A stretch of DNA of 64,000 nt from an uncultured bacterium (GTDB lineage Bacteria > Patescibacteriota > Dojkabacteria > J137), in the NCBI GenBank assembly GCA_963700155.1, contig OY969472.1, forward strand, positions 936,690 through 1,000,689, given 5' to 3'. This document shows positions 35,179 to 44,762 of this stretch, one piece after another (positions within the stretch are counted from its first letter, which is position 1; the number at the start of each line of letters is the position of its first letter). Both the position numbers and the translations under genes were made by a program. The notes beneath the pieces are model-generated. The model saw nothing but the letters and a program-made list of their open reading frames with translations. It ran no database searches and had not been told where the DNA came from.

Positions 35179-37524
35179 TTACTCTCTATAAAACTTTATC
35201 TTCGCAACCTCCCCAATCTGCATCCAGAAGAATGACCAAACCCAAACAAATATTATTAAATCTATGTTTATTCGTCCCGGCATTAAAAAGCCTGTGAATG
35301 CTAATAAAGAAGCGAATAACTGAGTCCCTAATGTAGCAAATATAACAATTTTACTTGGAAGATATTTGTACCATCTTTCTTTGGTTCTCGCGATGTAAAT
35401 TAATAAATGTCCAGAAACTGTTAATTTTAAAAAGAACATTGTCTGAACAATCGCCCAATCTAAATTGAAGAGATATTTTGCAAGAATAAATAGTCCCATG
35501 CTATTTACTACTCCAACTAATCCCCATATTGAACTCATTGCAAATCTTTTTTTTAAATGTAAATGAGAAGGCTTATTTACAGCCCTTACTCTGTCAAACG
35601 CAAGCGAAATTATCGGGATGTCATTTAATAATGCTAATAGAATGATTTGTAAAGGTGTCAAAGGATAATCTCCTACAAGAATTCCTAACAATAAAATTGT
35701 AAGAATAAGTCTAAAACTTTCTGAAATTCTATATTGTGCGTAGGCAGAAAGTCTTGCAAAGATCTTTCTGCTTTCAATAATTGCATCTTTAATAACTGCT
35801 ATTCCATCTGATAACAAGACAATATCAGCAGCTGACTTTAAAGAACTGACAGCTGAGGCGACGGCGATTCCAACGTTTGAAGCGAGAATCGCAGGAATAT
35901 CATTTACGCCGTCGCCATTTGCAGAAACTACATAATATTGCTCAGCATTTTTTACTAATTTATATTTATCATCTGGAAGGACCTCAGCGAACGCTGAGGT
36001 CCCTTCATAATCTTTTTTTTCTAACTTCATATTTTCTTCCAGTTCACTTTTCTTTAAAACATTACCTTCCATTCCAAGTTGTCTTGAAATTTCCTTTGCA
36101 ATCAATACGTTATCTCCTGTTACCATAACTGTTTTAATTTGATTTTCACCTAAAAATTTCAATACGTCTGCAGCATCTTCTCTCAAAGTATCTGAGAGCG
36201 CCATTACACCTGCCATCTTAAGTTCACTTTCATCTTTTACATTTTCACCAATAGCTACTGCAAGCGCTCTGTATCCTTTTTCTGCAAATTCTTCTACATC
36301 CTTATCAAAATTAGTTTTTTCATAACTTTCCTTTTTAATTAAATTTTTAATAATTTGTGGTGCACCGATAGCTACTGTGATTTGATATTTATCAGCTTTA
36401 ATTATTAATGAACTATGTTTTCTTTCAGAATCTGCTGGAATAAAATTCACCACCTCTGCTTTGAGTTCTTTTAAAGCACTACTTCGAAAATTATGAATAA
36501 TGGCTCTATTAATTGGATTATCAGCATCTTTAGAAGCAGAGATAAATGATAATTGTAAAATATCTATATTACTAAAGTCATTATAAGTTTTAAGATCATA
36601 GATGTTTATCTCGTTTTTAGTTAATGTACCGGTTTTATCTGTTAGTAATAAATCTACATTAGATAATTCCTCTAAAGCTGATAATCTTCTTACAATAACT
36701 TTTTTCTTATATAAATTAATTGCTCCAAACTCAATTATTAAAGTCATAACAGTCGTTAAGCTAATAGGAATCCCAGCAATTACGATACTTAAATCTAGTG
36801 TTAGAAGTTCAACAAGCGGTTTTTCTTTAATTAAAAAATATAAATTGAGTAATACAACAGAAACAAGGCTAATAATTGTTAAATACTTTGCAATATTTAA
36901 AATATCTTTTTCTAAAATACTTTTTTTTGTAATTTCATTAACTTTTTTTACAGATTGAGCGAGATAAGTATTTAATCCAGTTTCTGTAACTTTGATTGTA
37001 CATTGTCCTGTAGTCAAAAATGAACCCGAGAATAATTTATCATCAACTTTTTTATCTACAGGTAAAGATTCACCTGTTAAAGTTGATTCGTTAATACTAA
37101 GATTTGATTCTTTTAATACCTTCGCATCTGCGGGAACAACGTCACCTATATTTAATTCAACGATATCATCAGGAACTAATTCTTTAGAATCAATTTTATC
37201 CCATTTCCCATCTCTTATGACTTCCACATAACTAATAATTTCTTTGTTTAATTCTTTGACTGCATTATCCGCCTTATTTTCCTGCCATAAGGTTATGGCA
37301 ATATTAAGCATCATTAAAATTATGATAAAAGTGAAGTCAAAAATTTTATTTGAATATAGAGATAATAAAGCTGCTGCTAAAAGCATTAAGGTTATTGGAG
37401 AAACGATTTGTTTAACTATTTTACGTATAAATTTATTATTTTTTTCAGGAATCTCATTTAAACCGAACTTTTTCTTTCGTTCTATAACTTCCTGCTGCTT
37501 TAATCCAGTTTCTTGAATATCCAT
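35179..37524 (-). CDS. P-type ATPase, P3A proton-efflux type
   Basis: TGES, DKTGTLT, TGDN, GDGVND, ALLND, LTVSGH. Confidence 0.9.
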   Translation of the reverse strand: MDIQETGLKQQEVIERKKKFGLNEIPEKNNKFIRKIVKQIVSPITLMLLAAALLSLYSNKIFDFTFIIILMMLNIAITLWQENKADNAVKELNKEIISYVEVIRDGKWDKIDSKELVPDDIVELNIGDVVPADAKVLKESNLSINESTLTGESLPVDKKVDDKLFSGSFLTTGQCTIKVTETGLNTYLAQSVKKVNEITKKSILEKDILNIAKYLTIISLVSVVLLNLYFLIKEKPLVELLTLDLSIVIAGIPISLTTVMTLIIEFGAINLYKKKVIVRRLSALEELSNVDLLLTDKTGTLTKNEINIYDLKTYNDFSNIDILQLSFISASKDADNPINRAIIHNFRSSALKELKAEVVNFIPADSERKHSSLIIKADKYQITVAIGAPQIIKNLIKKESYEKTNFDKDVEEFAEKGYRALAVAIGENVKDESELKMAGVMALSDTLREDAADVLKFLGENQIKTVMVTGDNVLIAKEISRQLGMEGNVLKKSELEENMKLEKKDYEGTSAFAEVLPDDKYKLVKNAEQYYVVSANGDGVNDIPAILASNVGIAVASAVSSLKSAADIVLLSDGIAVIKDAIIESRKIFARLSAYAQYRISESFRLILTILLLGILVGDYPLTPLQIILLALLNDIPIISLAFDRVRAVNKPSHLHLKKRFAMSSIWGLVGVVNSMGLFILAKYLFNLDWAIVQTMFFLKLTVSGHLLIYIARTKERWYKYLPSKIVIFATLGTQLFASLLAFTGFLMPGRINIDLIIFVWVWSFFWMQIGEVAKIKFYRE

Positions 37525-37630
37525 AAAGTTTTTTTAAGTTATGATTTATTCTAAATTTAATTGATTAATCTTTCAAGCTAGGAGTTTTTGTTATGTTATT
37601 ATTTAATTAAATAACTGTTATTAAAATACT

Positions 37631-38188
37631 ATGGATAATTTCGATAATGGATTAATTAAAAATCAGTTTATAGATAAGTTATATTATTCGATTTTTATGA
37701 AGATAGGACAAAGTAAGGGAGATACTAATATTGTATTAGCATTAGAAGAATTAGCAAATCTTGATGCTGAAAATAGGGTATCTACTGAAGAACTTCCTTC
37801 TTTACTAACTGCATTTAATGAAGTAAATTTATGGTTCTTATTTAATGGTGATGTTCTTTCTAACGAAGAAAAAATATTTCTAGAAAATTTGCTAGATAGA
37901 GTTGATAAAAAGATTCCGTATGTATATTCATCAGTAATTAACAAAATAGGGGAAAATTATGAAAATAGAGAGATTTCAAGATCATTTAGAGTTTTGTTGT
38001 ATTTAAGTTCAAGGTCTGATCTTATTGGTATTGAGCCAATTGATTTAGTTGAAGCATTTAGAAATTTTGATTATTGGTTTACTCTTAATAGCTATTTATT
38101 TAATAGAGATGAAATAAAGTCTATAAATGAATTGATAGAGGCTATACATCGCAAAATTCCTAGGAATGGTAATGGTCATTTGAATTAA
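37631..38188 (+). CDS. hypothetical protein with an internal duplication
   Basis: AF...WF..N......E.....L....KIP occurs twice. Confidence 0.65.
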   Translation: MDNFDNGLIKNQFIDKLYYSIFMKIGQSKGDTNIVLALEELANLDAENRVSTEELPSLLTAFNEVNLWFLFNGDVLSNEEKIFLENLLDRVDKKIPYVYSSVINKIGENYENREISRSFRVLLYLSSRSDLIGIEPIDLVEAFRNFDYWFTLNSYLFNRDEIKSINELIEAIHRKIPRNGNGHLN

Positions 38189-38201
38189 AGTTTGGAAGTT
38201 T

Positions 38202-38243
38202 TTGTTGTCGAGGGGCGGACCTTTCGGTCCGCCCTTTCAACAA
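38202..38243. terminator. GC-rich hairpin between convergent genes
   Basis: GGGCGGACC-tttc-GGTCCGCCC, extended by TTGTTG/CAACAA. Confidence 0.7.
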
Positions 38244-38254
38244 CTGGAAATGAA

Positions 38255-39214
38255 CTACTGCGCGAGCGGGTCGCTGACTTCGGCACAGACGCCTGGCTGC
38301 ACAACTTCGAAGAAGCGCAGCTCATTGAGCTGATTGCCGACCACCCGATAGGTCCCCTGGTAGGGGTATTCACTCGGGTTGGCGAACAACGCGATTTCGT
38401 AAACCGAGTGCTGATCATCGCCTTTGAACGTCTGGCTAACCCATCCGTCCCAGGGTGCCCATTCGGAGCCTTCCAGAACCTGCGGGTACATCGGTGGATT
38501 GATAGGCTCGACGACGTCTAGCATACACACGAATCCGCCACTCGGTGTCATACCGAGGCTGAACGGAACGACCGGCTCTTCAGGTTCGCCGGGCTGCGGT
38601 AATCCAAAAGTGAAAACGTAGCAGCCGAAAGTCATGCTTTCGATCACGCCGTCTCCGTGGACACCTGAACCCAACGAATATCCCACCGCGATAACTTGTG
38701 CGTTCGGGAACGCAACTGCCCATTCGGGCAGCGTTCCGAACCAGTTGCTACCGTTGCCGCCGCCGGTGTGCGGGGCGCCGGACTTGACGAATGCGGCGGC
38801 GCTGTTGGAGAGCCACCAATTATCGCCGTAAACTGCCTCCCCGACGAGAATCCCGTCGGGAGTGCCGTTGTTGTCGAAGTCCACTACGAGCTGTAAGCCC
38901 GGGGTGATGCCGAACGAGGCGACGTAGTCAATGTTGCCGGACGTGATGTTTGACAGCAGGACCGCGAACGGATAGTAGCCGGCTGCTTTATCGAGCGACG
39001 TGTTCGACTCGGTCCAGATATGCAAGCCATCGGCTTGCAGCTCGTTGTGACCTTGAGCACGTGTTTCGCTCAGATCCCAGTTTCCAAGGTTCGTCGTGTG
39101 GATGTTTCCACATGCCTGGACCTGGTTCGGCGAGGCGGCTAAAGGTGCGAACGTGGCGAATGCCAGAACGAAAACAATAGCCAGCGCGATCAATGTGAAA
39201 ACTTTCTTACTCAT
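38255..39214 (-). CDS. secreted hypothetical protein, GC-rich
   Basis: signal peptide, DFDNNGTPDG loop, GGAG Shine-Dalgarno. Confidence 0.8.
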   Translation of the reverse strand: MSKKVFTLIALAIVFVLAFATFAPLAASPNQVQACGNIHTTNLGNWDLSETRAQGHNELQADGLHIWTESNTSLDKAAGYYPFAVLLSNITSGNIDYVASFGITPGLQLVVDFDNNGTPDGILVGEAVYGDNWWLSNSAAAFVKSGAPHTGGGNGSNWFGTLPEWAVAFPNAQVIAVGYSLGSGVHGDGVIESMTFGCYVFTFGLPQPGEPEEPVVPFSLGMTPSGGFVCMLDVVEPINPPMYPQVLEGSEWAPWDGWVSQTFKGDDQHSVYEIALFANPSEYPYQGTYRVVGNQLNELRFFEVVQPGVCAEVSDPLAQ

Positions 39215-39266
39215 GGTTCTGTTACTCCTATAGAATATGAATTTGAATTCGAAATTTGCCGTTGCT

Positions 39267-39328
39267 AGATGCTTCGGCGGTTCAAAAGACTAAATTTAAT
39301 TTTAATCTCCAAAACCGCCGAAGCATCT
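39267..39328. repeat. 16-bp perfect inverted repeat upstream of the GC-rich gene
   Basis: AGATGCTTCGGCGGTT / AACCGCCGAAGCATCT. Confidence 0.8.
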
Positions 39329-39531
39329 TTATTGTAGTTTTAATTTCCAGTTGTTAAAGAACATGTTCAGGGAATTTAATCCACTGATTATATTTATATT
39401 AATTCAGAAACAAATGTTATCTGTACTATATAAATTCAGATGGATTATATAACAAATATATACAAAAATCAAGAGTTGCTAAATATATAAAAGTCGCTAA
39501 CAAATCAAGATGGAAGAGTGTTTAATAGAAA

Positions 39532-39604
39532 TATGCCAGAGAGGATTCGAACCTCTGACCTGCCGCTTAGAAGGCGGCTGCTCTATCCACTGAGCTACTG
39601 GCAC
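39532..39604 (-). tRNA. tRNA-Arg (UCU)
   Basis: cloverleaf; anticodon arm GCCGC CT-TCT-AA GCGGC; no encoded CCA. Confidence 0.95.
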
Positions 39605-39670
39605 ACATTAACAGCAGGCATATTTTAACATTTAATTAAAAAATACTGAATACTTAAGAAGATGAATTAA

Positions 39671-40093
39671 TTACATTGCAGTTTCTGCAAGAATAACTCC
39701 AATTGAAGCTATAGTGGCAAAAGTTAAAAATCCAATAAAAGCTATTCTTAAGCTTTTTAAATCTTTAATATTATTGCTCTTCATCATTTTAAATTCTCTA
39801 TTGCTTACAATTCCAACAGTTAATCCGACTATAAATATGAGGAACATTTTTATCCAGAACAATGGATTAGATCCAAAATTCTCCCATTCAGAAAAAGCAA
39901 GGTAAAGTCCAGTTAAAATTTGAATTAATAATATTGGTCCAGTAACTTTCCAGATGAAACCCAATATATTTATCTGTTCATTTGTTCTATTAAACTTAAA
40001 TTGAATTATTAATGAAATAAAAGCTGTTCCTACTAAAATAGTAGCTCCTAAAACATGCAGGATAAGAATTATCAAATGAAGAGTATCAGACAT
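39671..40093 (-). CDS. 4-TM membrane protein (CopD/DUF2269-like)
   Basis: ILHVLGATILVG, QILTGLYL, FWIKM. Confidence 0.7.
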   Translation of the reverse strand: MSDTLHLIILILHVLGATILVGTAFISLIIQFKFNRTNEQINILGFIWKVTGPILLIQILTGLYLAFSEWENFGSNPLFWIKMFLIFIVGLTVGIVSNREFKMMKSNNIKDLKSLRIAFIGFLTFATIASIGVILAETAM

Positions 40094-40148
40094 AAAAAAA
40101 TTTAATATATGTAATTTTAATAAATCTTGAAGTTAAAAACAATAAAAA

Positions 40149-40220
40149 TGAGCTGACCGGGACTCGAACCCGGAACCAATCGCTTAAGAGGCGACTGCTC
40201 TACCATTGAGCTATCAGCCC
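40149..40220 (-). tRNA. tRNA-Lys (CUU)
   Basis: anticodon arm GTCGC CT-CTT-AA GCGAT. Confidence 0.95.
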
Positions 40221-40354
40221 ATCTCATTTCTAGCTCGATATTATAACATTATAGGTGTTGTTATTGAAGATACAGATATATTAAAATCTGCCAAACACTT
40301 AAAACTTTCTATATCTTCACTACATAATTTTAAAAAATTTGTTATATTCTATAT

Positions 40355-41020
40355 ATGAATAAATCTGGTCAAAATAATTGTTTTCAAACCAAGGAGAATC
40401 ATTCAGAAGAATTAAAAGTTATTCTAGAACTCTGGAACGATTTCGGCTCACATTTTGAAAAAGTTCATGATTCAAAAACTGCATGATATTTTTGGGGTGA
40501 GACAAATCTTTTAATTTCAAAATTAATCGAAGAAGATCTAATAAATGCTACCGAGATTGGAATAAGATTTTCTACATTTCCTAGAACAGATGGTGAAGAT
40601 AATTCTAATGAATATTTAAGAGGAACAGGGCTTACTATCTTAATGGATGGAAGAATAATACCTCAAATTATTGGTTTAATTAGTTCTGAAGCTTATGAAG
40701 CTCAAAGAATTAGTTATATTCTAGCTTCAAGTTTAAGAGATTTTATAACTAATGATAAGATTAAAGATATGGATAAAGAAACTGCTTTCACTACTCCAAG
40801 TTTTTATTCATTTATAACAGCACTCCTTGTAATAGAAGAATTGGAAGACTCTGTGAAAACATATCCAATTGAAGATATGGATTATATAAATTATTTAGAA
40901 TTTCTGGTTGAATATGCAAGGAAGCTATTAAACGATCCAGCTATTGTAGAAAGAATAAAATGGTATTTAAAAATACCGGATACTGAGAATTTAGCTAGAA
41001 AATTACTTGCATTTATTTAG
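40355..41020 (+). pseudogene. hypothetical gene interrupted by one in-frame TGA (40484-40486)
   Basis: ATG 40355 is in frame with ORF 40643-41020 and the frame is otherwise open. Confidence 0.55.
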
Positions 41021-41317
41021 AAGAACTTTTAAATATATAAATCATATTCACTAATCTACTCTCCCTAAAATTAAATACTTTCTTTTTTCAATATACTTAC
41101 TATATGGAATAGTATGTTATATTTATAACACTTGCATGTTTACTATTTGCGTTTTGTTTATCTAAAATTTAGACAACAGAAAGTTGCTTGTCTTTTTAAT
41201 TTCTTAATTAAGGACATTATATGTCTATCTATCCAAAGTGCAATTACCTTCTAATCCAATACTTGCTTTTTAAAGTTTGGCAGGGGTAATTGCACATTGA
41301 CAATTTAAGAAGAAAGG

Positions 41318-41677
41318 GTGAAAAAGATGCTACGGCTAGTCGTTTTGTTCGTGTTCTGTCTATTGGGCGCTGGAAGTTTTACACTCTATAGTATCGTATT
41401 CGGGCAGGTCGGTTCACCAAGGATTAGTACGGATTATATTGTGTCCTTGGTGTTAAATCCACTGTTTCTTTTTGCATTGGGACTTTCCCTTTTCGGAGCT
41501 GTATTGCGTATGTTCATATTCAAGGAGTTCGGAATTTCGCGTTCAGCTGTATTATCCGAACTGACGTTTTTGTTTACTCTCAGCGGTGGTCTTCTTGTAT
41601 CACATGAGAAAGTTGATCTTAAGCTTGTTGTCGGTGCTTTACTAATGTTCATGGCTTTATTCGTTCTGGAGAGTTGA
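41318..41677 (+). CDS. small 4-TM EamA/SMR-like protein (possible lipid-sugar flippase)
   Basis: four hydrophobic helices, HEKV..LVVGALL; first gene of a glycosylation operon. Confidence 0.6.
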   Translation: MKKMLRLVVLFVFCLLGAGSFTLYSIVFGQVGSPRISTDYIVSLVLNPLFLFALGLSLFGAVLRMFIFKEFGISRSAVLSELTFLFTLSGGLLVSHEKVDLKLVVGALLMFMALFVLES

Positions 41678-41683
41678 TTAATC

Positions 41684-42838
41684 ATGATTAGACTGACACT
41701 AGTATCTAATCTAACTCCAACACTTCCAGTTAGCGAATATGGATTATATCTCGCGACTGCATTGAGTGAAGTGATGGATGTAATAGTTCTGACGGATAAA
41801 AATGCGCCAGAAATCGAACATGGATGTCTTGATCTTCATCGCATCTATAATTACGGATCTCACTTAACCCCTATTAGGTTAATGAGTGAGATAAAAAGAA
41901 GCCAACCAGACTGCGTGATGTACAATGTCACACTTGGAGCATTTGGAAGCTCTACGGCAAACTTTGCTTCAATGATGACTCTACCTGTATTGCGGATGTT
42001 GGGGGTTCCAACGATCGTTTTGCTTCATAATATGGTTGAGGAATTCAATGGCAATGTTGCAACAATTCTTAGACTCGGTGCACAGGCAGCAACTTGGATT
42101 ATAACTCGATCAGGGGAGGTTTGTGTTTTAAGGCAAGAGTATTCAGACTTGCTGCGGTCCAAATACCATGCGCAATATGTACACCTGGTTCCGCATGGGA
42201 TGTTAGGAAATCCAAAGGCAAAAAGTTTGCCAGGTACAAAGGAAATCCTATCATTCGGCATTTATGGAACGCATAAACGTCTGGAAAATCTCTTGGAAGC
42301 AATGACGATACTCTTGCCAATCGATCCTGTTATTAAGCTGAAGATTGTGGGTGGCTCTAACTCACACAATCCACGCTATTATCATGAAGTTCATGACAAG
42401 TATGGTCACCTTCCAAATGTTGACTGGTTTGGGTATGTCCCGGAAGATATGGTTCAGAAAGTATTCACCGAAAGTGAAGTTGTCATCCTAACAAATTGCA
42501 CTAATGGTGGAGAATCTGGTGTTCTGATTCAGGCAGGGATGTACGCAAGACCTGTAATTGCATCGGATATTCCTCTCTTTAGAAATAAAATGAGTGAGGG
42601 ATATAGGTTGAAACTGGTTGATATTTCTAATCCCTCATGTATTGCTGAGGCGATATTCTGCCTCTTGCATGATGAGGAGGAAAAGTTAGCTCAATCAGTT
42701 CAGAATTTTGAAGCATCAATTAAGTATAGTATGGGCGACGTTGCCAAAATCTACCTCGGAATAATCGAGCATCTCGTGGAGGAAAGGAATGCGAATAAAC
42801 AAACTGCTCCTAGCCATAGGAGTCGTAGTCTTTCTTAA
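41684..42838 (+). CDS. GT4 glycosyltransferase
   Basis: FG..GTHKRLE, FGYVPE, ESGVLIQA..RPVIASD. Confidence 0.9.
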   Translation: MIRLTLVSNLTPTLPVSEYGLYLATALSEVMDVIVLTDKNAPEIEHGCLDLHRIYNYGSHLTPIRLMSEIKRSQPDCVMYNVTLGAFGSSTANFASMMTLPVLRMLGVPTIVLLHNMVEEFNGNVATILRLGAQAATWIITRSGEVCVLRQEYSDLLRSKYHAQYVHLVPHGMLGNPKAKSLPGTKEILSFGIYGTHKRLENLLEAMTILLPIDPVIKLKIVGGSNSHNPRYYHEVHDKYGHLPNVDWFGYVPEDMVQKVFTESEVVILTNCTNGGESGVLIQAGMYARPVIASDIPLFRNKMSEGYRLKLVDISNPSCIAEAIFCLLHDEEEKLAQSVQNFEASIKYSMGDVAKIYLGIIEHLVEERNANKQTAPSHRSRSLS

Positions 42839-44495
42839 CTTGGGACCACTTGTGAGTCCATTTACAACACTAAATTGGGATAGTGAGACGCATATGTTTT
42901 TTGCGGATCACTTTCAACGTTCATGGTTTAATCCATGGGAACCTAGGTGGTATGGAGGGTTCTATGTATATGCAAGTGCACCTTTAACATATCAGCTGGT
43001 AGCTATTGCTGGTATTGGTGATCTTGAACGTGGCTATCGTATAGTTCAGTTGGTCGCATTGGTGTTACTTCCTGCTTCTATTTACTTCTTCACCAAAGAA
43101 GTTTTCGGTAAGAAGTATGCAGGATGGGCTTCCTTGTTGGTTGTCGGGGTGTCGGGTACTTATGTTGTCCTATACACATTTGGACAATTACCGACTTTTG
43201 TTGCTTTTGTTCTCGCGATTATGGCTGCTGGAATGTATTCACGCTTCCTGAGAACAGGTAACTGGACAAATTTAATCGGGTGGTTTGCATTGGCCGGCGG
43301 GGCAGTTTCAAGCAACCATTATACAGTAATATTGTGTCTTCCACTGGTAGTTGTTGCAGTTACAATTTCCTACTGGTTGAGGACCGCATTTTCTATTCGA
43401 GCGTGGATTCTGAAACCGTTAGTTGCTTCGATTGTACTTTTAGGAGCAGTGGTTTTAGTCATTGCGCCATTCTGGTGGTGGTACTTCAGAATTAGCTTGC
43501 CTCAAACTACTATTCCTCATCCAACTCGGTCGCCATTCTTACAGAATCCCGATGATGCAGAAATGTATTTTTGGGATATGTATGGCGGAGCGTTACTCTT
43601 CATCCCTTTAGGTATTCTTGCTTTGAGGAAAGTCTGGAAAGCTTTCCCCCTGGTTCTAGTTGTTCTTTTCCTTGTATTGATGGGACTTGGTGGAAACACA
43701 GATATCCCTACAAAGATACTTGGCGGACTGGCTGATGTTTTCACCTTTGATAGGTTTTCATTCTGGGCAGCAATGCTCACATCAGTATTGGGAGCACTAT
43801 TTGTTGCTAATTTGAGTTTGGATTGGCGAAAGTATGTGCTCATAGCCCTTTCAGTAGTTTTACTCTTTGGAATTGGGAGTGCAATTCAATTTCCCAACAC
43901 TACAGAGTTACTGAAAAAACCATTGTTAGCATGGGAGGAAGATGAGGTTGTTAAATTCCTCGATGATCATACGGATTGGAACTATTTGACTTTAGGATTA
44001 GGAGAACCTGAAGTCGCAAAGCTTTCGCGGTTGACAAACGCAACATCTATTGATGGATTCTACAACCAGGCGCGATCTAACTACTGGTTGAGGATTTCCG
44101 GAGTCGGAACTTTAGATTCAACTCCTCTACTTCAACCATCAAGCCCAGGATTACTTGAAGGAATACTATCTCATCCACAGGACTGGAGTCTCCGATGGGT
44201 AATTTGTGATATACCCTGGGCCGAAGAATGGTTGCGTCAAGATGGATGGCAACTTCTTCATCCAATCGGATCCTCTATAGGTTGGAAATTGGGGGATGCC
44301 AATTACAGCGACATCACTGTGTGGGAAGCACCCATTGATGCTGTCGCCGAAATGACGAAAGCTACCCAAATACCACCAAAAATTGGAGATATCCCTCGAA
44401 TTGTTTTCCCAATCTGGTGGGGTGTTGTACCCTTATCTTCTTTAGTTGTCGGGCTCCTTACTTTGTTATATATCTTATACAGGAGGAGCGACTGA
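42789..44495 (+). CDS. polytopic GT-C-like membrane protein (PTPS-related family)
   Basis: HMFFADH, WEPRWYGGF...APL, GQLP; many TM helices. Confidence 0.7.
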   Translation: MRINKLLLAIGVVVFLNLGPLVSPFTTLNWDSETHMFFADHFQRSWFNPWEPRWYGGFYVYASAPLTYQLVAIAGIGDLERGYRIVQLVALVLLPASIYFFTKEVFGKKYAGWASLLVVGVSGTYVVLYTFGQLPTFVAFVLAIMAAGMYSRFLRTGNWTNLIGWFALAGGAVSSNHYTVILCLPLVVVAVTISYWLRTAFSIRAWILKPLVASIVLLGAVVLVIAPFWWWYFRISLPQTTIPHPTRSPFLQNPDDAEMYFWDMYGGALLFIPLGILALRKVWKAFPLVLVVLFLVLMGLGGNTDIPTKILGGLADVFTFDRFSFWAAMLTSVLGALFVANLSLDWRKYVLIALSVVLLFGIGSAIQFPNTTELLKKPLLAWEEDEVVKFLDDHTDWNYLTLGLGEPEVAKLSRLTNATSIDGFYNQARSNYWLRISGVGTLDSTPLLQPSSPGLLEGILSHPQDWSLRWVICDIPWAEEWLRQDGWQLLHPIGSSIGWKLGDANYSDITVWEAPIDAVAEMTKATQIPPKIGDIPRIVFPIWWGVVPLSSLVVGLLTLLYILYRRSD

Positions 44496-44513
44496 TGTTA
44501 TCAGTATGTGCAA

Positions 44514-44550
44514 GATACCGGGCGGGACCTTAAAAGGCCCGCCCGGTATC
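44514..44550 (+). terminator. GC-rich hairpin after the glycosylation operon
   Basis: GATACCGGGCGGG...CCCGCCCGGTATC. Confidence 0.75.
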
Positions 44551-44610
44551 AGGTACTATTCTTCTATTACATTTATTTTTGAAAAATTGTGTTATAAGTT
44601 CTTAAAGATG

Positions 44611-44682
44611 TGAGCTGACCGGGACTCGAACCCGGAACCAACTGCTTAAAAGGCAGCTGCTCTACCATTGAGCTATCAGCCC
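44611..44682 (-). tRNA. tRNA-Lys (UUU)
   Basis: anticodon arm GCTGC CT-TTT-AA GCAGT; identical to tRNA-Lys(CUU) outside the anticodon arm. Confidence 0.95.
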
Positions 44683-44762
44683 TGCAATAATCAGTTTAAT
44701 CGAAGGCGCATAATTATAAGACACATTAAAGATAATTTCCATATATGTATAACCAAATAATT

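Noticed and set aside
38185-39180. several overlapping short ORFs in the GC-rich segment
   Set aside because: They are shadow frames of 38255-39214, which has the signal peptide and SD.
34781-39267. AATTTG(T/C)CGTTGCTA shared upstream of two GC-rich genes
   Set aside because: The orientation relative to the genes is opposite, and a 14/15 match could arise by chance in 64 kb.
40493-40498. extra TGGGGT
   Set aside because: It lacks the N6-TGG part and tail similarity, and no recombinase is nearby.
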